A DNA stretch of 64,000 nucleotides from Eledone cirrhosa (Eukaryota): assembly GCA_964016885.1 (NCBI GenBank), contig OZ024744.1, forward strand, positions 24,924,001 through 24,988,000, in the 5' to 3' direction. Below the pieces are notes generated by a model. The model had not been told where the DNA came from. It ran no database searches and saw only the letters and a list, made by a program, of their open reading frames with translations. How positions within the stretch are numbered: the first letter of the stretch is position 1; each line of letters begins with the position of its first letter. This document shows, piece after piece, positions 27,800 to 42,350 of the stretch. A program made the position numbers and the translations under genes.

Positions 27800-28008
27800 T
27801 TTATTCCGGTTTCATCGGTGTTAAGTGACTGAGATACAAGACCCTTCCAAGCCCTGAACAGGATGCCAGTTAATCTTAGGGTTAAACACCCAGAACGTGG
27901 AATTGAGTGTTTTTTTCTAAAAAAAAAAAAAACAACCGTAAAACCCAGGCCAGGAACCAAACACGTGACCTTATATGGTTAGTTCAGCACTCTAACCAAT
28001 ATGCCACC
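27800..28008 (-). mobile_element. Diverged tRNA-SINE related to the 38.2 kb copy
   Basis: Minus strand TGGCATATTGGTTAGAG (A box); tail CTCAGTCACTTAAC...GAAACCGG is shared with 38397-38425. Confidence 0.55.
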
Positions 28009-28314
28009 TATACCTACGGGCATAAATGCCATTCTAATTTCATGGTAAGACAGTAATGCCATCTAGCGAGAAGGTGGCCCAAAGAACATACTAGTGCTAT
28101 ATAAACGATTTAATCTTTAGCTATCATATCTGACATTCGGGTCACTTTAGGAATTTATATTTGGTCTCACACCACACAACCAAGCAAATGTGTGTGTGTA
28201 TATATATATATATGTATATATATATGTATACATATATATATATGTATATATATATATATTTATAAGTATATATATACACGTGTATATGTATGAATATGTA
28301 CGTTTATATATATA

Positions 28315-28790
28315 TATGTGAGTGAGTGTGTGTTAGGCTGTGTAAGTCTGTGTGTATATATGTGTGTGTAAGTCTGTCTGTATGTGAGTGTGTGTGTATA
28401 TGTGTGTGTAAGTCTGTCTGTATGTGAGTGTGTGTATACATGTGGGTGTAAGTCTGTGTGTATATATGAGTGTGTGTGTATATGTGTGTCTGTATGTGAG
28501 TGTGTGTATATATGTGTGTGTAAGTCTGTCTGTATGTGAGTGTGTGTGTATATGTGTGTAAGTCTGTCTGTATGTGAGTGTGTGTATATATGCATATGTA
28601 AGTATGTGTGTATATATGAGTGTGTGTATATATGTGTGTGTGTATATATGTGTGTGTGTAAGTCTGTGTGTATATGAGTGTGTGTATATGTGTGTGTGTA
28701 AGGCTGTGTGTATATGAATGTGTGTATATGTGTGTGTGTAAGGCTGTGTGTATATGAGTGTGTGTGTGTGTTTAAGTCTGTCTGTGTATT
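28315..28790. repeat. ~38-bp TG-rich minisatellite (GTAAGTCTGTCTGTATGTGAGTGTGTGTATA...)
   Basis: Recurrent TAAGTCTGT anchors. Confidence 0.85.
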
Positions 28791-29067
28791 TAACTGTTAT
28801 ATTCAGGTCCCAGCCACACCAAATAATGTTATCTCCCTTTTCATGCTTTATTTACTTTTATCATAATCTTTATTTATTTTTATAAAAAAATAAACCGTTT
28901 CAGTAGATTTCTGAAAAACACACTTCCACATATAACTATTGCTGGCTACATTATATATATATTCATGCATAAACACATATATACATATACGTACATTCTT
29001 ACATACGTACGTACAAACACATACACACACTCATATATATATGGGTGTGTGTATGTGTATATATATA

Positions 29068-29329
29068 TGATGGCTGCCTCCTCGTTATTGAGTATGGCCA
29101 TTACACGGTATACCATTATTAATAATTATTAATTAATTCTATCGTGCAATCCCTGTGCGTGAAGATATTTTTTAAAGTGAGGAAAGACTGTGCACTGAGC
29201 CAATCCCACTCTCTGAGCGACAGTAGCTATAACCCGAAAAGAAGAAAAGATCAACATCATCGGTAACTACTGAGCCACATGTTTTATATCGGAGTTATCC
29301 CAGTTTCCTGAGTTGCCTTCTCCTAGAAG
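29068..29329 (-). mobile_element. RTE-derived non-autonomous element, subfamily 2
   Basis: Matches 55680-55860. Shares CCCACTCTCT, AAAAGAAGAA..TCAACATCAT.GG and CCTTCTCCTAGAA blocks with subfamily 1. Flanked by (TA)n and (TACA)n. Confidence 0.75.
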
Positions 29330-29389
29330 TATATACATACATACATACATACATACATACATACATACATACATACATACATACATACA

Positions 29390-29423
<34 letters not shown>

Positions 29424-29694
29424 CATACAGCATACATACATACATATATGTGTTATATTGAAATCTGAATCGAATTTAGAGCACACACACACTATGTGTG
29501 TGTGTGTACGGCTGTATGGGCGAGTGTGTATTAGTGTGTGTTCTAGAGGCAGTGTGTGTTAGAGCTCTATTAAACATGTCGTGTATGTGTAAGACCCTTC
29601 TATAAAAATGGTAACGTCGATATTTTGTAGAAGCCGAAGCCCTCTCTGGTGATGGAGTCAACTGGAGAAAGGACTAAGAGGTTTCCTCCTTAGA

Positions 29695-29928
29695 TTAACT
29701 CTTTAGCATTTAAACCGGCCATATCCGGCCAGAATTGTCTCACCTCTTTGTGTTGAAACTGGCCCTAACTGGCCTCTCATACCGATGTTAAGGTATTGTT
29801 CTCAAAATAAATAATATCAACATCTCGAAGATTGGATATTATGTGAGATAATTATGTGAAATAAAGCTTATACTGGGAAAATACAATAGTAAATATAATA
29901 TAGAGTAATGTAAATGCTAAAAGGTTAA
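29695..29928 (+). mobile_element. MITE with TTAA target duplications (piggyBac-like)
   Basis: TTAA-CTCTTTAGCATTTA...TAAATGCTAAAAGG-TTAA; a second copy lies at 63258-63452. Confidence 0.8.
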
Positions 29929-31204
29929 TTGATGCGGTTTTGTGCGGAACAGAATGTTAAGAATTTTACAGCTTTTTAAAATAAAATTGTTTCATATTTT
30001 CCAGTCGTAATGTTCAACCGGATGACATTTAAAATAACACCTAAGAGTTGTATTTATTGTTGTAATGAGTTCTTAACACTAATACAACACTCAACGGGCA
30101 GATATATAATAAACGACATTCCAACTGTGACCATTGCACCTTATTACTAAGACACATGGAACCCAAGAATATATTAACTGAAGAGTCATTTTATAATACG
30201 GTAGGGTATGGTTGGATAGATAGTTGGTTGCTATTTCTAGCATGTTGCACAAACACTTAGGGGTTGAATTATTCAGATCAAAATTTTGTATAGTCCCTGG
30301 GTTGTTGAGTCTTCGATCTGATTTTGACAGCTCTTTTAAGTCATTTGACATCAATTACGTCATTATCAACGTTCAGAAGCACATGAATGTCATACAATTT
30401 CATCGATATATTTTTATTTTATTTTAAATCGATTATCTTTAATTTTTCATTCTACTCTTATTGATTTACTTTAAATGTTTAAAGTATTTAATTTGTAGCC
30501 AATCAAATGGAAACACGGCAACACACTTTCACATTTACACACATATATGTATGTATGTGTGTATGTATGTATGTATGTCGTATGTACGTGTGAAATGTGT
30601 GTGTATCTATATATGCATAGTTATTGTATGTATATGTGTATTTGAAAGAGAGGGAGAGAGAGTGTGTGTGGGTGTGTGGTAAATATGTACACAGAAACAG
30701 ACAGATAGTTTGTTAGTTATGCACACAGACACAGACACAAACACGCACATATATATTCATATGCACACACTCACACACACACATATATATTCATATGCAG
30801 ACATTCACACACATACACACACACACATATATATATAGAAAAGAGGTGTTTGTATTAAGTGAGTGTGACCGAAATATAAAAATATTTAAAAGTATATAAA
30901 AAATATAAAATAAAATATTGAAATTATGTGGACATTGGTGAGGTGTCTGTCCACCAACAGCGGGGCTATACATGTATTTGATGTGTCATTTAGCTTAGTG
31001 TTTACTGTAGTTCATGGCAGCGGTGGGGGAGGGGGTGTTAGAAGAGATTAACACCAAACACAACATTCTCTTAAGTCCACATATTGAAGCAGAGGTGGGG
31101 ATCGGGTGGAGGAACACAATACCAACAACAATAAAGATAACGTTTTTTGTTTGCTTTTTTTCTAATTTATTGAAGCACGAGGCAAGTAATTTGGTCGGAA
31201 GGAA

Positions 31205-31357
31205 GTATTTGACTGGTATCTTATTTTAGCGATCATCAATCATAATGGAAAGATGACAGGTAAAGTTGACAGTGGTGAAATTTGAGCAAAGCACGTAAAG
31301 AACCGGATCAAATGCAGCAAAGTGGTTGTCCGACGCTCTACCGGTTCTGCTAATCCG
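31205..31357 (-). mobile_element. Diverged SINE family 2 copy
   Basis: ACTGGTA.CTTATTTTA.CGA...AAAGTTGAC...TCCGACGCTCTACCG.TTCTGCTAATCCG. Confidence 0.55.
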
Positions 31358-31374
31358 TAATTGTTGTTGTTTTA

Positions 31375-31532
31375 ATTCCAGTTGACGACAGTATGTCTCT
31401 AAAAGAATGTAAAAAACTATCTAAATATAAAGATCTAGAGAGAATAGAGAGAAGCTGAAATTTGGGGATTAAGAAAATAGAAACAATCACAGAAAACTAC
31501 TCTCAATAATAATAGATGTCTTGGGAATAATG
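31375..31532 (+). mobile_element. Degraded restriction-like endonuclease region of an R4/Dong-type non-LTR element
   Basis: IPVDDSMSLKECKKLSKYKDLERIERS*NL..., then IIIDVLGIM after a frameshift. This matches the recalled KE.EK..KY.DL..E...W.....PI..GALG motif. Confidence 0.65.
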
Positions 31533-31951
31533 AGTTGTGAACCAGTTTGTAAACAAGAGATAGTAGTAAATGTCAACAAAGAAGAGTTCCCAAAGGGGGG
31601 AAAACCACCTAGATATATGACAGAAAAAAAGAAAAACAAAAGGGTGTCAAAACATTTAGTGTACCAATATACATATATACATTCGTACAGTATATACATA
31701 TATACATATATATATATAGGTACATATATACAAGCATATAAACATATATATATATATACATACTTACATACATATATACATACATATATACATACATATA
31801 CGTACATTCATACATACCTACGTACAAACATACACACAGACACATATATATATCACACCCATATATATATTCAAAGGAATTGTGGTAAGGAACCAAATGG
31901 ACCATAACGCACCAGAATACTCAATATTTAAGGTAGTAGAGTGGGAAATAG

Positions 31952-32061
31952 GAAAAAGTATGACCCCGACGGCAGAGCTCAAGCCGTTTCGACGGCTATT
32001 TCGGACTCCTGAAATAGCCGTCGAAACGGCTTGAGCTCTGCCGTCGGGGTCATACTTTTTC
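31952..32061. repeat. Perfect hairpin with 51-bp arms and an 8-nt spacer, containing the 3' half of a hammerhead
   Basis: 31952-32002 is the exact reverse complement of 32011-32061. Confidence 0.95.
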
Positions 32062-32074
32062 TTATATGTATATA

Positions 32075-32106
<32 letters not shown>

Positions 32107-32213
32107 AAGATTTACATATACACAAACTAAACAAAGTCACAGATATATATGCGGCAACCATTCACGATGTGGCTCAATGAATCTATGGCAAATGATTCTA
32201 CAGACATACTTTA

Positions 32214-32286
<73 letters not shown>

Positions 32287-33051
32287 TGTAAAGGGTATTG
32301 AGAGCAGTAGGGATTATGGGTGTCTAAGAGAGGGAGGTGGAAGTAAGAGGGGTGGAGTGAGGGGGGAGGGGGTGCGGAAAGGGGGTAGGGAATTTAAATA
32401 TCTAAGTTATAGAAGAATGCGTTTTTTTTTGGAGTGATAAATTTAAAGCGAGAGACAAGTATGTTTGTAGAAGACAGGTTTATAAGGAATTGTGAGATTT
32501 ATTAAAAGCAGCGTTTCAAATGTGTGTCAGTTACATCAGACCAACACGAAGTCTAAATTTAAGGGAAACCTTTTACATATTTCTCTATCATGTATATATA
32601 AATTTCTACGAATCTGTCACAACACGTAAAGAGAGAGGAGTAGCTTGACTACCTCATACCACTCACCCTCTTTACGTCTACTGCTTGAGTGAGTGAACGT
32701 ATGCCTAAAAAGAAGGCGGGAGGGGGGGGTTAAAAAACTATGGTGTGTGTGTGTGTGTGAGTATGTATATGTGTTTCAGTACATGTCTGTGTGAATGTAT
32801 GTCTGTATATGTGTGTATATCTTTGTAATTGTGTCTGTGTTTGCACGTTTATATTTACATATACTAATACATATAAATGTATGCATATGCACATACATGT
32901 ATACACACACATACATACATATATACACATATGCATATGGAAAACAATTCTAGTAATATATAGTTTTCTTTCTTTTTTTAAGCGACACTTATCATTTTCA
33001 AATATTTATATTTTTAAAAATCAAGAATTTGAATTGATTTAGTAATATAAC

Positions 33052-33233
33052 TGTTTCTACTTTAGGCACAAGGCCAGCAAATACCCAGTGCATTACTGGT
33101 ACTTTATTTTATCGACCCCGTAAGGATGAAAGGCAAAGTTAACCTCGGCGGGATTTGAACTCAGATCGTAAAGGGACGTAACTATGCTGGAAAGCATGGC
33201 GTCTGACCCTCTACCGATACTGCCAATCCACCG
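33052..33233 (-). mobile_element. SINE family 2, full length
   Basis: Reverse complement of 22844-23028, with B box GAGTTCAAATCC. Confidence 0.9.
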
Positions 33234-33290
33234 TGATATGACTAACTCTCCCTGAGTACCAGAAGATCCCGTTTACGCTGAAACCAGAAG

Positions 33291-33404
33291 TTGTTGGCTT
33301 AAACTGTAATCTGTACTAATAATAAATATTTATTCTACACCTTTAAATATACTTATATATATTATATATATTATATATATACATATATATATATATTATA
33401 TATA

Positions 33405-33444
<40 letters not shown>

Positions 33445-33526
33445 TATATATATAATATATATAAGTATATTTAAAGGTGTAGAATAAATATTTATTATTA
33501 GTACAGATTAAAGTTTAAGCCAACAA
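33291..33526. repeat. Inverted repeat with ~65-bp arms around a TA-rich spacer
   Basis: TTGTTGGCTTAAACTGTAATCTGTAC...CTTATA and TATAAG...GTACAGATTAAAGTTTAAGCCAACAA, 1 mismatch. Confidence 0.93.
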
Positions 33527-33782
33527 TATATATATATGTGTGTGTGTGTGTGTGTTTATGTATGTATGTATGTCAGCAATAGTTAATATAAGTAGCGTCC
33601 CATAGCTTCGTTTGTCAGAAAGTTTAAGATTACTCCCCCCCCCCCATCTCCCCTTCCTCCACCTCCTCCTCCTCCACCTCCTCAGAGTTATCTATTTTTC
33701 AATATAAGTCAAGGTGGTTTAACTTCCGGTTTGAGTTTTAAGTTCAGTATTCATATATACACATGTACAGACACACACACAA

Positions 33783-33817
<35 letters not shown>

Positions 33818-34404
33818 CATTTCAGGTTTTTACAAAATACTCTAGAGATCTTTCATGGTCGTGATGTATTGTTCCTTTTCTTTCTTTCTTTCTTTCTTTC
33901 TTTTTCCTATATGGTTCATTGTTTGACAACCGAACCGTGACTCATTGAATTTACAATACTGCATTTACTTGTTGGCATTTATATCTCCATTGTTGATTAT
34001 ACCCGAGTTATTTACTTGCTATCTCTCTCTATACTATTTGTTGCAGTGAAAACCAATCTTTCGAAACAGGTTTATTTCTACTTATTAAATATATAAATAA
34101 AATATAAAATATAAAAATATAAAAATGTATCAATGCATAACCTCAGTGAACTCATCCATTCTTTCGTTATTTTCATGAGTTGTATCTTCCCTGTAAATGT
34201 TCCTTGGTGTGAGAGAGAGGAGGGGGGGGGGGCGAGAAAAAGAGGTGGGAAATACTGAGAGAGAAGAGGTAGATTGAGAGGGAAAGACCTCTATCTATTA
34301 TTATTTCTTGCCTTTTAGTACGTTGGTACATTAGCACATTACTTATCATTATAGTATATTTAATTCCATTCGAGATAGACAGAAAGATATATAGACGGAC
34401 AGAC

Positions 34405-34481
<77 letters not shown>

Positions 34482-34482
34482 T

Positions 34483-36151
34483 GTTTCTTTTATTTGCCAC
34501 CAGGGCATCAAAAGTGGGACAAGTACAAAGGGGGGAGTTTACTTAAAAAGGCGTCCTCAATAACAATGTATAAAAATAAAATAAAATATAACAAAAAATA
34601 AAATTTATAACAAAATCCTCAAATAGAGAGGAGGCCCCTTGGAGGGTCGCACACACCCCCGAAAAAAGTGTGCAACCCTTTTCCTCAGGAGCACGTTCCT
34701 TCCTCTTTTCCACCTACAGACTGATGTAAAGAGAAGGCCCATTCACACGGGCCATTCTCGCCACTTTCACCCACCTTTCATAAAAACGACTTGGGTGCAG
34801 CACCTCTCTCTCCATCCTGATCCTTCTTCCGAAATGATATCGGAAGGAACGGACCAGTTGTTGGCCAGAGAGAAAGGTGCCTAATCTCAGTCCTTTCAGA
34901 CGCGTCCACCATACAACTTCTTTCACCATGGCTATTACGCACAGAAACACCGCCTCTCCTTCATCTTTGAAGGGGGGAGGCGACTTGATCATTACAATAG
35001 ACTCGGTGGTCAACCGGATCGGTCCCACCCTTGACAGCAGTTGTTCGACATAGCCCCACAGATCGGCAATGCCCTAGCAGTGTACCAATGCGTGTGCAAC
35101 GGTTTCCTCGTCGCACACGCATCTGGGACAGATCTTTTTCTAAGGCTCCCTACCCGGGCGCGCGTGTCTGTAGAGCCTTTCTCGAACGGGCAGAGCCCTT
35201 CTGTAGCATTGCCAGGTCAGGGACCTCTGGAAGTTATCCATGGGTCCCGGGCTGAATGTCCTACCGAACAGGTTGGCCAGTTCGTCTTCCTCCATGCCTA
35301 GGGCTTCTCCGAGGGCGTCGTCGCACCTGCTGCGTACCAGCCCTCTATAGAATGTTGCGGTGGAGTCTCCACTGATAACCGGATCCGCCTGCCAGAGGGC
35401 GGTGAGCGCCTGGGCACACTCAGTGTGCCAGGCGCCCAGTTTTCTCGGTCTTTGCTTGACCCAGGATTGCAGCCCGGTGAGTGAGACGAGTCTGGGAAAG
35501 GTTCGTCTCACAAACGAGGCCCACACCGGTTGACCGGTGAGGAATACGTAGAGGTGCCGTAGCCTTAATGCGTGTTTACGCATCATTAGCCACGGCATCC
35601 CCAGCCCTCCTTTCGAAGGGTGTTGACAGCAGATGGATCTCCTCACCATAGGAGCCCGCCTCTTCCAAAGGAATTGGAAGAGCGCGCGCTCCATCTTGGA
35701 GAGGGTTTCCCTTGGGCAAGGCACTACGGTCAGGCGGTAGTAGATGACGGACGTTATATAGGTGTTCGCCACCTCCGCCCGACCTTTCAGGGATAGTTTG
35801 CAACTGGCCCACTTCTGGATCAGTGCAAACACCCTGTTCGTAACCTCCGCCCAGTTGTTCTCCACCTGGAGGTCCGATCCGAACCAGACCCCGAGCAACT
35901 TCACCGGGCCCTCCGTCCAGCGTCCGACGACGCCATCGGAGGGCATCGGTCTGCCCCTCCACGTGCCGAGTTGCAAACCGATCGACTTGTCCCGGTTCAG
36001 CTTAGCCCCTGTGAACCTTTCGTACTCCTCCAGTAAGGTGCCGACCGCCTCGATTTCGGAGGCCGTCGACACCATTACTGTCACGTCATCGGCGTAGGCC
36101 GACACCGCTTTCCGCAATCCCGGTTCCAAAGGGATGACCTGCAACAACTCC
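34483..36151 (-). mobile_element. L1/Tx1-clade LINE, 5'-truncated (RT C-terminus to 3' UTR), frameshifted
   Basis: ORF 35140-36207 contains SAYADDVTV, GAKLNRDKS, KLLGVWF, W..CKLSLKGR, P.KGGLG and ALPVRERL. The next frame has the CPRC..ETVAHALVHC zinc knuckle. AATAAA is followed by (TATC)n. Confidence 0.95.
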
Positions 36152-36230
36152 AGATAGATAGACAGACATATAGATCGATAGAGACAGATAGATAGACAGA
36201 CAAACAATTAGATAGATAGATATATAGATG

Positions 36231-36290
<60 letters not shown>

Positions 36291-36291
<1 letters not shown>

Positions 36292-37284
36292 ATTTCTTTA
36301 TTAGCCACAAGGGCACAAAAGAAGGGGACAAATACAAATGGGGAGTTTACATACAGGTATATGAAAATAAAACTATTAATAAAATAACAAATAACAATTG
36401 AAATCCCCAATAGGGGGGAGGGGCTTTACACAGGGGTTGTACACACACCCCAAAAAATGTACAACCCTCATCTCTAGGAGCACCAAGAGTGAGTACTCCC
36501 TTCCTCTCTTCCTCTTTTTCCTCAACCTACAGGCTTATATAGAGAGAAGGCCCAACCACTCGGGCCATCTTTGCCACATTCACCCACCTTTTATAAAATT
36601 TTCTGGGGTACAGCACCCCTCTCTCCATCCTGATTCTTTTTCCAAAATGATATTTGAAAAAACGAATCAGTTGTTCGCCGGAGAGGAAGGTGTCTGACCT
36701 CAGCCCTTTTAACCTCGTCCACCATATAACCTCTTTTACCATAGCCATAACACATAGGAAAACCGCCTCTCCCTCGTTTTTGAAGGAGGGTGGCGGTTTG
36801 ATCATGACAATGGACTCGGTGGTCAACTGGATTGGTCCCACCCGCGACAATAGTCATTCTACATAGCCCCACAGGTCGGCAACGCCCGGGCAGTGTACAA
36901 ATGCGTGTGCGACGGTTTCGTCTCGCACGCATCTCGGACAGATCTTTTTAGAGGGGTCCCTACTCGGGCGCCCGTGTCTGTAGAGCTTGTCTCGAACTGG
37001 TAGAGCTCCTCGGTAGCACTGCCAGGCCAGGGACTTTTGGAAGTTGTCCATTGGTCCCGGGCGGAAGGTCCTACCGAACAGACTGGCCAGTTCGTCCTCC
37101 TCTACGCCCAGAGTTTCTCCGTGCGTGTCGTCGCACTTGCTGCGGACCAACCCTCTATAGAATGTCGAAGTGGAGTCTCCACTGATCGCCGGGTCCGTTT
37201 ACCAGAGGACTGTGAGTGCCTGAGCACATTCGATGTGCCAGTCGCCCATTTTCCTCGGTCTTTGCTTGACCCAGGACTGCAGCT
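36291..37284 (-). mobile_element. Second, divergent L1/Tx1-clade LINE 3' fragment
   Basis: Paralogous to 34483-35475 (ALPVRDKLYRHG...KICPRC..ETVAHAFVHC). 3' AATAAA is followed by (TATC)n, and the 5' side abuts a SINE head. Confidence 0.93.
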
Positions 37285-37525
37285 TGGTGTCCGACCCTTT
37301 ACCGATACTGCCAATCCACCGCCCTGATCGATCGATAAATAATTGTTTCTACTTTTGGCACAAGGCCAGCAATTACCCAATACATTACTGGTACTTTATT
37401 TTATCGACCCCGTAAGGATGAAAGGCAAAGTTAACCTCGGCGGGATTTGAACTCAGACCGTAAAGGGACGTAACTATGCTGGAAAGCATGGCGTCCGACT
37501 CTCTACTGATACTGCCAATCCACCG
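37285..37525 (-). mobile_element. SINE family 2: full copy 37341-37525 plus head fragment 37285-37324
   Basis: Matches the other copies. Both heads are followed by CGATCGATAAATAAT on the plus strand, a possible target duplication. Confidence 0.9.
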
Positions 37526-37755
37526 ATCGATAAATAATAATAAGATAAATTATCAATATTGTTGCTTTATCAAACTTGTTGCTGCTAAAATTACCTAAGC
37601 AATAAATGGAATCCTAGAATGGCGGTTTGAATTGTTCCATTGTCTTAAGAAGGTAATTCTACAATACGATTCCATTACACTTTGATGTTTTCCACAAGAA
37701 CAAATCTAACGAATTATATATATAATAATACATTTAGACTTTCTATATTGTCCAG

Positions 37756-37798
<43 letters not shown>

Positions 37799-38194
37799 GC
37801 TACTACCACCACCACCACCACCACCACCACTACTACTACTACCACCACCACCACAACAAGAACAACACAAATATTTATGATTAAGTGATATGTTCAACAA
37901 ATTAAAATTGAAAAAACACAAAAAACACAAAAAGCACAAAACAAAAGCAAAATAGTCCCTAAACGCCACAATTTTTATTTCCCGTTGATTTCAGCCATTG
38001 CTCTCCATGGACATTGTATAATTTTCAAATATGGCACCTGATCTTCAAACATAGATTAAATCATTTGAATCTCAGATCAAATTATTTGAAACTTCACCAA
38101 GATTGAACAAGATATAACAGGTTTCAAATGAGAGATCTATCACCATACTTAGTTACTCAAACTTCCAGAAATAGCAGTTTCATGTCCTTCAAAG

Positions 38195-38452
38195 GGAGGC
38201 GCATGGCCTAATGGTTAGGATGCTTAGCGTACGATCGTAATGTTGTCGGTTCGATTCCTGGACTGGGTTATGTATTGTTTTCATAAGCAAAACACTTTAT
38301 TTCATGTTGCTCCAGTGCATTCAGCTGAGAGTGAGTATCAGCTGGTGGTTCAACCCCATGATGGACTGGCGTCATATCCAAGGAGAGTTTTATACTCTCA
38401 GTCACTTAACGCCAAGGAAACTGGAGATAGATACCGACCCGATGAGCCTTCG
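38195..38452 (+). mobile_element. tRNA-derived SINE (family 1 head with alternative tail)
   Basis: GGAGGCGCATGGCCTAATGG (A box), GGTTCGATTCC (B box), CACTTTATTTCATGTTGCTCCAG core. Confidence 0.85.
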
Positions 38453-39476
38453 GTTTAAAACAGACTTGTACATCAAACTAACTCGTCCCTCAGACTCACA
38501 CATTCTGACTGTCTTATAAAATGGCACAATAGATAATGGTAGTTCAAGATACGCTGTTCCATGGTCGGAATGGTTTTTGGTCCTAGACATGTCTGCTCAT
38601 AATTCATGAATGACCTTGTGCTAAACAACAATAATAAAAACAACAACGAGGTAAAGATTTCTTTCAAAAGTGTTGTAATTGTTGTTGATTTTGTTGTTGA
38701 TTGTATTATATGTAGCCCCGATTCCCCTTTATCCAGTGGGCTGAAGATAAGACATTCCAGTCATGACCATCCTAACTTAGACACAGTCTATCTAGAGACA
38801 CAATAACCCACATGTAGGTATGACAGTCTATCTAGAGGTACAATAACGTACATGTAGGCATGGCAGTCTAGAGACACTATAATAATGTATGAGATGGACA
38901 TTTGTTTGTGATTTCTAGCAAATCATTCGACTGCAAGGCAGCTCCTTTTATTATTGGCTCCTACTTATCAATGTTGATAAACTTGTTGATTTTATATGGT
39001 TTTGTATGGTTTTGTCCGTGTCATTGTTACTAAAGTAATATACATCATACATCATGTGTATAATTATTTATACGCAGTCTCTTGTCAACCTACGCTCTCC
39101 TTTTTTCTCCATTTCGCCTTTTCTATAACATGTATTGTTACGGCCATAGAAGCGATAATAATTATTTATATACAGTTGTGTACAGAAGGGTCTCCATTAT
39201 GATGGCTGTATTAAGGTGTGTACACACACGCGTACACACACACACACACACATACACACACACGTACACACACATACACTCACACGCACATTAACACACA
39301 CACACTCCCAATTATATATGTGTGTATATGGATATATATGTATGAATGTGTGGGCGTGCGTGTATATATGTTCATGGTCTATATATGTATACCTGTATAT
39401 CTATATGTCTGTCTGTGCGTATCAATCAATCAAACAAGCCAAGTAAACAGTCAACCCATCCATTTATTTACCCCCC

Positions 39477-39529
<53 letters not shown>

Positions 39530-39595
39530 TATATATATATATATACATACACACACACATATATATATATATTTATATATATATACATATACACT

Positions 39596-40595
<1,000 letters not shown>

Positions 40596-40819
40596 ATCAT
40601 AGCTGTTAAAAACCTGTGGTTTTTTCACCGTCGTTACTTCGAGCATTGTTATCCCTGTTCGGTGTCGTATTGTAAAGATGGAAGAAACAACCCCAGAGTA
40701 ACGACAGGGAGATATTCTCACTGGGATTCCCATTTTCATTATTAACATTTACTTGTTAATATTTTCTGTTCCTTGTTTACATACCCATACATACATATAT
40801 ATGTGTGTATATGTGTGTG

Positions 40820-40850
<31 letters not shown>

Positions 40851-40861
40851 GTATATGTATA

Positions 40862-40914
<53 letters not shown>

Positions 40915-41006
40915 GTGTGTTGGTATATATATATATGGTATTTTTGTATGTTTGTATATTTGTCTGTCTGTTTCTATTATTGTTCCTGCTTGTACACCAC
41001 TCTCCA

Positions 41007-41062
<56 letters not shown>

Positions 41063-41365
41063 CTATCATGTATCGTAATATGTATAACTACAAATGATCC
41101 CAGCATGGTGTTTGCTGCCGTTTAAAATCATCTTGTCATCTATAGTCTTTTAATCATATACAGGCAGGATTCATTCATTATAGGAGTTTACAAATCGACC
41201 ACAGACTGAACTATTAGTTTATTTTTAGTTTATTTTATTCCCTCCCCCGGAAGGAAGACAGACAAGTTCATGTCAGCGAAATTACAACTTACAAAGTAAC
41301 AGGCCGTAACTAAACATTAAATTTATCTAGGAATTTTCTCCGATGGTCTAACGATTTTGTTCTTT

Positions 41366-41502
<137 letters not shown>

Positions 41503-41609
41503 TGTATATATAACATCTCTGTCTGACGACCGATCCAGACATATTATTATTGTTTGTGATCCAGAAACCTTTGGTAATGGAGTAGTTATATTTTGTGTTG
41601 TTCAATTTC

Positions 41610-41680
<71 letters not shown>

Positions 41681-41832
41681 TTCGTTTTTGAATTTGTTTT
41701 GCAAGATTTCTTATTGGTTTTCACTTCAATTTATTATAAATTTCCGGCTGGTTGGTTCAATAACCGGATAGTTGTTTATATATTGTCAAAGCTATTTCGT
41801 CACACATTCTGTAACCTTACTCGTTGTCATGT

Positions 41833-41915
41833 AACATGTGGTAATGTTGTGACATGTGGTGACGTTGTTACATGTGGTAATGTTGTGAGAAGTGGTAACG
41901 TTGTGACATGTGGTT
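41833..41915. repeat. 18-bp tandem repeat ACATGTGGTAA(T/C)GTTGTG, ~5 copies
   Basis: Direct periodicity. Confidence 0.85.
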
Positions 41916-42070
41916 GCATAGTTACATACTTCGTCAAGTGAAAGGTAGTGCAGATCAGGCATTCAGAAATTAAGAGGAATCATTCATATTTGTAGTGACT
42001 TTGAAAGAGAGGGAGAGATAGAGAGATAGATGGATATATATATCCATCTCTCTCTCTCTCTCTCTCCCTC

Positions 42071-42153
<83 letters not shown>

Positions 42154-42236
42154 GGGGGAGAGTTAGACGGTGAGTAAAAGGGAGAAAGATAGAAAGAGAA
42201 AGAGAGAGGGTGTTGGGGAGAGATAGCGAAGGAGAA

Positions 42237-42273
<37 letters not shown>

Positions 42274-42291
42274 GTTGGGGAGAGATAGCGA

Positions 42292-42350
<59 letters not shown>

